A stretch of DNA of 64,000 nt. Source: Sphingomonadales bacterium. Lineage in GTDB: Bacteria; Pseudomonadota; Alphaproteobacteria; Sphingomonadales; Sphingomonadaceae. The position numbers were made by a program, and so were the translations under genes. Where the stretch lies: the NCBI GenBank assembly GCA_034668625.1, contig JAXDOX010000036.1, positions 62,019 through 126,018 of the forward strand, given 5' to 3'. This document shows positions 19,030-29,379 of this stretch, piece after piece; the first letter of the stretch is position 1, and each line of letters starts with the position of its first letter. A model generated the notes under the pieces. The model was not told the DNA's origin, searched no databases, and saw only the letters and a list, made by a program, of their open reading frames with translations.

Positions 19030-19254
19030 CTACCCTCCAAACAGCTCCCCCGCCCCGACCCCCAACGCCTCAGCGATCCGCCGGATGTTGATCAGGCTGA
19101 CATTCTTCTCCCCCCTCTCGATCGCGCCGAGGTAGGAGCGGTCGAGGCCGCTGGCGAAGGCGAGGGCTTCCTGGCTGAGGCCGCGGGCCTTGCGCAGGGC
19201 GCGCATGCGGGCGCCGAACGCCCGCTTGATCTCGTCCTGGCCGGTGCGGTCCAT
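19030..19254 (-). CDS. XRE-family helix-turn-helix regulator (R-M controller-protein-like size and position)
   Basis: 74 aa. FGARMRALRKARGLSQEALAFASGLDRSYLGAIERGEKNVSLINIRRIAEAL is a classic HTH_XRE pattern. Confidence 0.85.
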   Translation of the reverse strand: MDRTGQDEIKRAFGARMRALRKARGLSQEALAFASGLDRSYLGAIERGEKNVSLINIRRIAEALGVGAGELFGG

Positions 19255-19339
19255 GCCCGGACGGTCGGGCGTTTGCGGACTATGGGTCCACCTTCAATGA
19301 TTCCCATATGGAGCGATTCGGGCTCCGAAATGGACCCTT

Positions 19340-19804
19340 TCACCCCACCAGCCGCGCCGCCTCGGCGGCTTCGAAATGCGCGTGCATGGCCGCGGCGCCG
19401 TCCGGCGTGAGGCGGGCGTGGACGCCGTTTTCGGCCTTCGGATCGGGGACCCGTTCGGCCCAGCCGGCCGCAGTGAGCCGGCCCAGCCAGCGGGCGACGG
19501 TGGCGGGGGCGAGGCGGGCTTCCACCGCGAGGCGGTTGATGCGGACGCCGGGCTCGCCGGCGAGGCGGGCTCGGTAGAGCTCGAGCAGCAGGCTCCAGCC
19601 GGGATGGGAGAGGTCGAGGCCGAAGGTCGCGGCGCGGGCGCGGCGGGCGCCGATCGCCAGGGCGACGTTGAGCGCGGTCGGCGGGCCGGGGGCGGCGGCC
19701 TCGCGGCGGGCGGCGTCGCCCTCGGCATAGGCGCCGAGCAGCCGGGAGATGTGGTCGAGATCGTCGGCGAGCTCTTCGAGGAAGGTCCTGTCCGGCTCTG
19801 CCAC
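19340..19804 (-). CDS. Winged-helix (MarR-like) transcriptional regulator
   Basis: Start placed at GTG 19804 (VAEPDRTF...), preceded by GGGGAA and a TATAGT-like box. The wHTH core is INRLAVEARLAPATVARWLGRLTAAGWAERV. The longer ORF-track start (19993) would run through the palindrome and promoter-like sequence. Confidence 0.55.
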   Translation of the reverse strand: MAEPDRTFLEELADDLDHISRLLGAYAEGDAARREAAAPGPPTALNVALAIGARRARAATFGLDLSHPGWSLLLELYRARLAGEPGVRINRLAVEARLAPATVARWLGRLTAAGWAERVPDPKAENGVHARLTPDGAAAMHAHFEAAEAARLVG

Positions 19805-19847
19805 GATTCCCCGCTTAGCGCAATTTTGCGGACTATAATACCCTGTT

Positions 19848-19872
19848 TCCCTCGAAATGGCATTTCGAGGGA
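19848..19872. promoter_or_regulatory. Perfect palindrome in the divergent MarR-like / 3xHTH intergenic region (candidate operator)
   Basis: tccctcgaaat-ggc-atttcgaggga, with 11-bp arms. It sits about 10-35 nt upstream of the TATAGT-like box of the MarR-like gene. Confidence 0.4.
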
Positions 19873-20023
19873 GGGACGGAAGAAGGTGGATGCCGGGTCC
19901 CTGATTTTCATCAGGGCAGGCAGGCCCGGCATGACGGAGTGGGGGTGCGCGGCCCAGTGAGGCAGGGCCGCGTTCCTCATGCGTTCTTTTCATTTTCCTA
20001 CAGGGGGCGGGTTGTGGGATAGG

Positions 20024-20992
20024 ATGAGGGTGAACGATTCGCCCCCTGCCCCGGCGCCCGACGCCGCCTCGCGCCGCTCGCGCAAGCGGCCGGTGCCCTG
20101 CGACGCGGCGGCGCGGGGGCGGTTCGTCGCAGGGCTGGCGCGGGGGCTGCCGGCGGTGCGGGCGGCGGCGGCGGCGGGATGCTCAATCGCGACCTTCAAC
20201 AAGAGGCGGCTGGCCGATGCCCGCTTCGACCTCGCCTGCGCGAAGGCGGCGCGGGGCGGCGCCTGGGCGGAGCGGGCGCCGGGGCCGCCGACACGCTGCG
20301 ACGCCGCCGCGAAGCTCGCCTTCCTCGCTGGCCTCGCCGAAGGGCTGACCCTGAACGAGGCGGCCGCACGCGCCGGGTGCGCGCTCTCGACCTTCTATTG
20401 GAACCGGTGCCGCGACCCCCTGTTCCTCGCCGCCTGGAACAATGCGGCGGAGGCGGCGGTGGCCGGGCGGCCCGCCGGGGCTCGCAAGCCGCGGCGGCTG
20501 CGCTTCGACGCGGCGCGGCGGGCGCGCTTCCTCGCCGCGCTCGGCGAGGATTGCTGCACGAGCGGCGCGGCGCGGCGGGTGCCGATCGACGCCTCGGCCG
20601 TCTACCGCCGGCTGCAGCGCGACCCCGATTTCGCACGGGCGAACGGCGCGACGCTACAGGCGGGCTATGCGAGGCTCGAGAGGCTGGCGGAGGCGGAGCT
20701 GGAAGCGGCGGCGGCGCGGCTCGCCGCCTCGGCCGACACGCGCCACGAGCGCGAAGTGCCGCCGCCGGGCGACTTCGACACGATCATGCGGCTCCTCGCG
20801 CGCTACGACCGGCCGCTCCCGAAGCCGCGGCGGGACGGGTCGCGGCCGCGGCCGGCGATGAGCCACTTCGAGCTGATCGAGGCGCTCGGGCGGAGGCTGG
20901 AGAAACGCTTTCCGCGCCCCTCCCCGGAACAGAAGGGCAAGGATCGAGGCGGTGGCGTCGATCGCCCGAGCGATCTATATCGCTTGGACTGA
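20024..20992 (+). CDS. Hypothetical protein with three tandem HTH-like repeats
   Basis: Three ~55-aa repeats of the form (R/P)xDAAxxxxF(L/V)AGLAxGxxxxxAAxxAGxxxxTFxxxRxxDxxF. Start chosen at ATG 20024. Confidence 0.5.
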   Translation: MRVNDSPPAPAPDAASRRSRKRPVPCDAAARGRFVAGLARGLPAVRAAAAAGCSIATFNKRRLADARFDLACAKAARGGAWAERAPGPPTRCDAAAKLAFLAGLAEGLTLNEAAARAGCALSTFYWNRCRDPLFLAAWNNAAEAAVAGRPAGARKPRRLRFDAARRARFLAALGEDCCTSGAARRVPIDASAVYRRLQRDPDFARANGATLQAGYARLERLAEAELEAAAARLAASADTRHEREVPPPGDFDTIMRLLARYDRPLPKPRRDGSRPRPAMSHFELIEALGRRLEKRFPRPSPEQKGKDRGGGVDRPSDLYRLD

Positions 20993-21108
20993 TTGGAATT
21001 TTCGATCACCATGAGCGTCCATCCGCCCACCATCCGGCAACTGCAATATCGGAGCTTGCGCTCCGCCTTCCCCCGGAAGGCGGGCGAACCGTCCGGGGGA
21101 CGGTTCGG

Positions 21109-22059
21109 ATGACTTCGTATTTGCCCACCATCCGCCAACTGCAATATCTCGTGGCGCTCCGCCAGCAGGGCCATTTCGGCCGCGCCGCCGAAGCCTGCTA
21201 CGTCACCCAGTCGACGCTCTCGGGGGGGCTGAGGGATTTGGAGGCCCTGCTCGGAGTTCCGCTGGTCGAGCGGACGCGCCGCGTCGTCCGCTTCACCGCA
21301 TTGGGCGAACGGATCGCCGACAAGGCGCTCGCTGTGCTGCGCGAGGCGGACGAGCTGGCCGAGCTGGCGCGCGCGGAAGGCCAGCCGCTGCACGGCGAGC
21401 TGAGGATGGGCGTCATCCCGACCATCGCGCCCTTCCTGCTGCCGGCGATGCTGCCGCCCCTCCGCGCCGAATGGCCCGACCTCAAGCTCTACCTGCGCGA
21501 GGAGACCAGCCACGCCGCCTGCGAGGCGCTGCACCGGGGCCAGCTCGACTGCGTGCTCCTCGCCCTCCCCTTCGCCTGCGGCGACGTCGATTCGCTGGCT
21601 TTGTTCGACGATCCCCTGTTCGTCGCCTTCCCGGGCGGCGAGGCGCCGGCGGGCGCGCGTGTCGAGGTGGACTCGATCGACGAGACGAGGATGCTGCTCC
21701 TCGAGGACGGCCATTGCCTCAAGGACCATGCTTTGTCGGCCTGCAACCGGCCCGACCTGCGCGCGCATGCGGCGATGATGGGCACCTCGCTCCACACCCT
21801 CGTCCAGATGGTCGACAACGGCCTCGGCGTCACCTTCCTGCCGCTGATGGCGATCGAGGCGGGGATACTCGAGGGCACCCGGGTCGAGGCAAGGCCGCTC
21901 CGCTCCGACCACGGCTTCCGCCGCATCGCCCTGATCTGGCGCCGGTCGAGCCCGCGCGAGAGCGAGTTCGAGCTGCTCGCCGCCGCCGTCCGCCGGATCA
22001 TCGGCGAGCTCAGTCGAGGCCGGGAAGCCAGCGGTCGAGCGGCACCGGCCTTATCGTGA
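21109..22059 (+). CDS. oxyR: LysR-family hydrogen peroxide-inducible regulator
   Basis: MTSYLPTIRQLQYLVALRQQGHFGRAAEACYVTQSTLSGGLRDLE.... Redox cysteine context LLEDGHCLKDHAL. Lies next to katG. Confidence 0.85.
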   Translation: MTSYLPTIRQLQYLVALRQQGHFGRAAEACYVTQSTLSGGLRDLEALLGVPLVERTRRVVRFTALGERIADKALAVLREADELAELARAEGQPLHGELRMGVIPTIAPFLLPAMLPPLRAEWPDLKLYLREETSHAACEALHRGQLDCVLLALPFACGDVDSLALFDDPLFVAFPGGEAPAGARVEVDSIDETRMLLLEDGHCLKDHALSACNRPDLRAHAAMMGTSLHTLVQMVDNGLGVTFLPLMAIEAGILEGTRVEARPLRSDHGFRRIALIWRRSSPRESEFELLAAAVRRIIGELSRGREASGRAAPALS

Positions 22060-22185
22060 CTGCGGGCAGGGCGCGGCCGAGCTCGGCGCGATGATGCATG
22101 ATCCAGCCGAGGCGGAAGCCGCGGCTGTCGAACGCTGCTTCGTCGCTTCGCGCCCCGCAATGAAGGCAGTGACGGCGATCAGGCT

Positions 22186-24495
<2,310 letters not shown>

Positions 24496-24743
24496 TCACC
24501 GCCGGCGGCGCGGTTGGTGCGACTGATTCCCGCGCCCGCGGCGACTATATCGGCCGGGCGCTGCCCAGCCCCGTGGGTGCCCTCCGCCCAGCGGCGGTTT
24601 TTGCTTGGCTAAAATAAACTGGGTTAAAAGGATAAATAAAGCCTAATAATTTCGTTGACAGCCACAAGTATTGGGCAGATGCCTCTTGGTATCCGCATGG
24701 GTCGGCGTAGTCTAATCCGGCTCTTTTACCGACAGGAACAGCG

Positions 24744-24980
24744 ATGCCACCGGCAGCCAGGCGCACCGAACGCGCCCTCATCGTCATTCTTATCGCCGCC
24801 TTGCCGGCGCTCGCCATCGCCAGCGAAACGATCAACTATACGTATGACGCCAAGGGCCGGCTGGTGAAGGTCGAGCATAATGGCAGCGTCAACAACAACC
24901 TCGTCGCCAACTACACCCACGACAAGGCAAACAACCGCACCAATCTCAACGTCTCGGGTTCGCCCAACCCGCCGCCCTAG
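24744..24980 (+). CDS. Small secreted YD-repeat protein
   Basis: 78 aa. Signal-like N-terminus (ALIVILIAALPALAIA) followed by a single YD repeat (YTYDAKGRLVKV). AGGA lies 6 nt upstream. Confidence 0.5.
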   Translation: MPPAARRTERALIVILIAALPALAIASETINYTYDAKGRLVKVEHNGSVNNNLVANYTHDKANNRTNLNVSGSPNPPP

Positions 24981-25065
24981 ACGCAGGCTGCTTGGGCGGC
25001 GCCCCGCCCGCGTGGACGATACCGGCTCGGCGCGGAGCCGGAACCGATTATCCAGGGAGAAGAGG

Positions 25066-28000
25066 ATGAATCGCCGTTTCGCTCGCGCGGGCGCTTATGC
25101 CTGCGCGCTTCTGGCGACCACCGCGCTGGCCGCACCCGCCGCGGCGCAAAGCGGCCAGACCGCCGAGCCCTACCGGCGCGCGATCGACGGCAACGGGGTC
25201 AATTTGATCGACGGCTCCTTCCCGTTCACGTTCAGCGAGGGGAGGATCGGCTCCGGCCTCGGCGCCGTCTCGGTCGAGCGGCACGGCAACGGCGCCTATG
25301 GCGCGAGCAACTGGCAGAATTACTTCCTCACCCAGACGGTCTCCGGATCGACGACGACCGTCTCGGTGGTCCTCGGCGACTTTTCCGAGACCTTCGCCTC
25401 GACGAGCGGGGGCGCCTTCACGCCGGCCTCGGGGGACGGCTCGATCCTGACCGGAAGCCACGGCGACTACAGCTTCACCGCGAGCGGCGGCACAATCGTC
25501 ACCTTCGGCGCCCCCGCCGACGACCAATTTGGCGCCTCCAATTTGTGCAGCCATGCCGGCGCCAACCAGAACGGCTGCGCGTCGCTGGCCGGCTCGGTCA
25601 CCGCGCCCAGCGGACTCACCACCAATTTCACCTGGGAGATGGCCTCGCTCTGCGCGAGCAGCTACAATCCGGACGGCAGCCTCGACTGCAGCTACGCCTG
25701 GCGCCTCTCGGGCGCGAGCAACGGCGCCGGCTACGGAGTCGCCTTCGGCTACGTGACGGACAGCATCGCCTTCCACTCGCTGCCCGCCACCAACTGGTAC
25801 AAGCGTGCCGGCGCGACCCTGAGCAATTCCAACGTCTCGGGCGCGACCCGCTCGATCGCCTACAGCTACGTCTCCTCGACCGTCACCGACGTCACCGACG
25901 CCGGCGGGCGGACCTGGCGGATCACCGCCGACAGCGCCAACCGGATCACCGGAATCCGCTACCCCGGCTCGTCGTCCGACGACGTCACGGTCGCCTACAC
26001 GACCGGCGGCACGGTCTCCTCGGTCACCCGCGCCGGCGTGACCACGACCTATTCGCGCAGCGTCTCGGGCAGCATCGCGACGACGACCATCACCGACGCC
26101 GCCAGCCACAGCTCGACCGCCGTGGCGGACACGTCGAAGGCGGCGATCACCTCCCTGACCGACGCCCTGAGCAGCACCACCAGCTACACCTACGATTCGA
26201 GCGGCCGCGTCACCCGCACCACCTACCCCGAGGGCAATTACGTCAACCTCACCTACGATGGGCGCGGTAACGTCACCGAGACTCGGGGCGTCGCCAAATC
26301 GGGCTCAGGCCTCTCCGACATCGTCTCGACGGCGAGCTACGATTCGAGCTGCACCAACGCCGTCACCTGCAACCAGCCCAACAGCACCACCGACCCCCGC
26401 GGCAACACCACTGATTTTACCTACGATTCGACTCACGGCGGAGTCACCAGCGTCACCGCCCCGGCGCCCACCAGCGGCGCCACGCGCCCTCAGACCCGTT
26501 ATGCCTACAGCGTCGCCGGCGGCGCCTACCGCATCACGGCGGTCTCGGCCTGCCGCAGCTCGAGCAGTTGCGCGGCGGGCAGCGACGAGGCGAAGGCGGC
26601 GATCGCCTACGATTCGAACGGCAACGCCACGTCGGCGACCAGCGGCGACGGCACCGGCGCGCTCGCCGTGACAACGGCGATGACCTATGACGGCAACGGC
26701 GACCTGCTGACTGTCGACGGCCCTCTCTCCGGCACGACCGACACGGTGCGCTACCGCTACAACGGCGCCCGCGAGGCGATCGGCGTGGCCGGGCCGGATC
26801 CGGACGGCACCGGCTCGCTCCACAATCCGGCGGCGCGCACCACCTATGACGGCGCCGGGCTAGTCACCAAGGTCGAGCAGGGAACCGTCAACAGCCAGTC
26901 GGACAGCGACTGGTCTGCGTTCAGCGCCTCGCAGGAGGTCGACACCGGCTACGATTCCTACCATCGCCCGGTGACTCAGAGCTCGATCTCGGGCTCCACC
27001 ACCTACGGCGTTTCGCAGACCAGCTACGACAGCCTCGGGCGAGTCCAGTGCGCGGCCCAGCGGATGAACCCTTCCGCCTGGTCCTCGCTTCCTTCCGACG
27101 CCTGCACCCTGCAGACCGCGGGCAGCGACGGGAACGATCGGATCGTCAAGACCACCTACGACAATGCCGGGCAGGTCACCCTCGTGCAGAGCGCCTATGG
27201 CGTGACCGGCACGCAGGCGGACGAGGTCGCCACGGCCTTCACCTCGAATGGCGCGGCCTCGAGCGTCACCGACGCGGAAGGCAACAAGACCAGCTATGTC
27301 TATGATGGGTTCGACCGCCTGTCGCAGACCCAGTATCCGAGCACGACCAAGGGCGCGGGGACGAGCAACAGCTCGGACTACGAGCAGCTCTCCTACGACG
27401 CCAACGGCAACGTCACCTCGCGCCGCCTCAGGGACACCCACAGCATCAGCTACACCTACGACGCCTTGAACCGGTTGACGGTCAAGAGCGTGCCCGCCTC
27501 ACCGGGCGGCGCCAGCGCCTACAGCGTCTATTACGGCTACGAGCTCGGCGGCCCGATGACCTACGCCCGGTTCGGCTCGACCAGCGGCAGCGGCGTCACC
27601 AATACCTACGACGCGCTCGGGCGGACGACGTCGACCAGCACCGACATGAGCGGATCGGCCCGCACGCTCTCCTTCCAATACGATGCCGCCTCCAACCGGA
27701 CCCGGGTCACCCATCCCGACAGCGCCTATGCGGCGTATCTCTATGACGGGCTGGACCGGCTGTCCGCGGTTTGGGAGCTGACCAACATCGCGATCGCCAC
27801 CTACGGCTACGACGCCGCCGGCCGGCGCGCCTCGGCCAGCTTTTATGGCGGCGCCTCCAGCGCCAACGGCTACGACAATGTGTCGCGGCTCACCAGCCTC
27901 ACTCACGACCTCGCCGGCACGAGCTACGACCAGACCCTCGGGTTCAGCTACACCCCGGCGAGTCAGATCAAGCAGAACACGCGCTCGAACGACGCCTACG

Positions 28001-29379
28001 CCTGGAACGGCCATTACAACGTGACCCGCGCCTACACGTCGAACGGGCTCAATCAATATACGGCCTCGGGCTCGGCGACGCTCAGCTACGACGCCAACGG
28101 CAATCTCAGCTCCGACGGCTCGACCTCCTACGTCTACGACGACGAGAACCGGCTGGTCGGCGCGAGCGGCGGCCATGCCGCCAGCCTCGCCTACGACCCG
28201 CTCGGTCGCCTCTGGCAGGTGTCGAGCACGGCGGGTGGGACGACGCAGTTCGTCTATGACGGCGACCGCCTCACGCTCGAATATAACGGCTCCGGGACGA
28301 TGCTGCGCCGCTACGCCTGGGGCGAGGGCGAGGCGGCGCCGGCCGGCTGGTACGAACTGGGCGGGATCGGCGGGGCGCTGGTGCGGCGAGGCCTGATCGC
28401 GGACGAGCGCGGCAGCATCACCGCGTTCGCCGACCAATATGGCAACGAGCTGGGCGTGCTCGGCTACGACGAATACGGCATACCCAATGCCGGCAATCTC
28501 GGCCGGTTCGGCTATACCGGCCAGGCTTGGATACCGGAACTTGGCATGTGGTATTACAAGGCGAGAATCTACTCCCCCACGCTCGGCCGGTTCATGCAGA
28601 CGGACCCGATCGGCTACGGGGACGGGATGAACTGGTATGGGTATGTGGGTGCCGATCCCGTGAATTTGGCCGATTCGAGCGGCCTCACGATGATGACAGG
28701 CACTCGTATCGTGCCTTCCGGTCAAAATGGTGGGATTTGTATGACCTGTAGTGGTGGGAGCCTTTACGCTAACGGAAGTAACGCCAATGCTCAAAAGCAC
28801 GCCGCAGCTAACGCGGGTACAGTACCTCCCAGCAGTACGTCAACATCACCACCGATTTCATTGAAACCAGGCTACACCGGGCCAGGACTTTATGAAACCG
28901 TTTATCATATGTCGGACGATACCTATCGCTATTCAGACTCCTACTGGCTAGACCATGGTAGTGCTTTTGATCATAACTTCTTTCTTACAGGGGGCTCCTA
29001 TATTGGATCAACTCAGCGTGATAGCGAAGGATATGAATTCGTTGGGAAGGGAATAATTGGCGGGCGTAGCATATTCTATTTCGCAACTATATTTCAGTTG
29101 CCGCCTAATACCATCTCTATAAAAATTAGTACGTATGCAGCAGGCGTCCTGAACGGAAACCCTTGGTGGGCATTTTCTCCCGTTGGGAGCTTCGACGCAC
29201 AGGTCCGAAGCTGCCCCGTGTGTTTCCCAAGCACTTATCCTATCGTAACTGTCACGGGGCAGCCCCGGACTACTCGCTTCCAGATCACATTTCATGCCTC
29301 TCAAATCGGCATAATCGGAGGAGACGATACACTGCCGAACACATTTTATAAAATATGGGCTCGAAGAGGTGGCCAATGA
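25066..29379 (+). CDS. RHS repeat protein / polymorphic toxin with Sec signal peptide
   Basis: ATG 25066 is preceded by gggagaagagg. Signal peptide MNRRFARAGAYACALLATTALAAPAAAQ. There are dozens of YD repeats. The RHS core ends YTGQAWIPELGMWYYKARIYSPTLGRFMQTDPIGY...DPVNLADSSGL at 28686. A roughly 230-aa unrelated C-terminal domain follows. Confidence 0.9.
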   Translation: MNRRFARAGAYACALLATTALAAPAAAQSGQTAEPYRRAIDGNGVNLIDGSFPFTFSEGRIGSGLGAVSVERHGNGAYGASNWQNYFLTQTVSGSTTTVSVVLGDFSETFASTSGGAFTPASGDGSILTGSHGDYSFTASGGTIVTFGAPADDQFGASNLCSHAGANQNGCASLAGSVTAPSGLTTNFTWEMASLCASSYNPDGSLDCSYAWRLSGASNGAGYGVAFGYVTDSIAFHSLPATNWYKRAGATLSNSNVSGATRSIAYSYVSSTVTDVTDAGGRTWRITADSANRITGIRYPGSSSDDVTVAYTTGGTVSSVTRAGVTTTYSRSVSGSIATTTITDAASHSSTAVADTSKAAITSLTDALSSTTSYTYDSSGRVTRTTYPEGNYVNLTYDGRGNVTETRGVAKSGSGLSDIVSTASYDSSCTNAVTCNQPNSTTDPRGNTTDFTYDSTHGGVTSVTAPAPTSGATRPQTRYAYSVAGGAYRITAVSACRSSSSCAAGSDEAKAAIAYDSNGNATSATSGDGTGALAVTTAMTYDGNGDLLTVDGPLSGTTDTVRYRYNGAREAIGVAGPDPDGTGSLHNPAARTTYDGAGLVTKVEQGTVNSQSDSDWSAFSASQEVDTGYDSYHRPVTQSSISGSTTYGVSQTSYDSLGRVQCAAQRMNPSAWSSLPSDACTLQTAGSDGNDRIVKTTYDNAGQVTLVQSAYGVTGTQADEVATAFTSNGAASSVTDAEGNKTSYVYDGFDRLSQTQYPSTTKGAGTSNSSDYEQLSYDANGNVTSRRLRDTHSISYTYDALNRLTVKSVPASPGGASAYSVYYGYELGGPMTYARFGSTSGSGVTNTYDALGRTTSTSTDMSGSARTLSFQYDAASNRTRVTHPDSAYAAYLYDGLDRLSAVWELTNIAIATYGYDAAGRRASASFYGGASSANGYDNVSRLTSLTHDLAGTSYDQTLGFSYTPASQIKQNTRSNDAYAWNGHYNVTRAYTSNGLNQYTASGSATLSYDANGNLSSDGSTSYVYDDENRLVGASGGHAASLAYDPLGRLWQVSSTAGGTTQFVYDGDRLTLEYNGSGTMLRRYAWGEGEAAPAGWYELGGIGGALVRRGLIADERGSITAFADQYGNELGVLGYDEYGIPNAGNLGRFGYTGQAWIPELGMWYYKARIYSPTLGRFMQTDPIGYGDGMNWYGYVGADPVNLADSSGLTMMTGTRIVPSGQNGGICMTCSGGSLYANGSNANAQKHAAANAGTVPPSSTSTSPPISLKPGYTGPGLYETVYHMSDDTYRYSDSYWLDHGSAFDHNFFLTGGSYIGSTQRDSEGYEFVGKGIIGGRSIFYFATIFQLPPNTISIKISTYAAGVLNGNPWWAFSPVGSFDAQVRSCPVCFPSTYPIVTVTGQPRTTRFQITFHASQIGIIGGDDTLPNTFYKIWARRGGQ

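Noticed and set aside
19979-20023. Longer start (ATG 19979) for the 3xHTH protein and longer start (19993) for the MarR-like gene
   Set aside because: The two extensions would overlap each other head-to-head and would cover the palindrome and promoter-like sequence. The shorter starts are preferred but unproven.
19340-20992. Prophage or GTA remnant
   Set aside because: The HTH-repeat protein is reminiscent of terminase-small-subunit-like folds. However, no capsid, portal, integrase or other phage genes are present.
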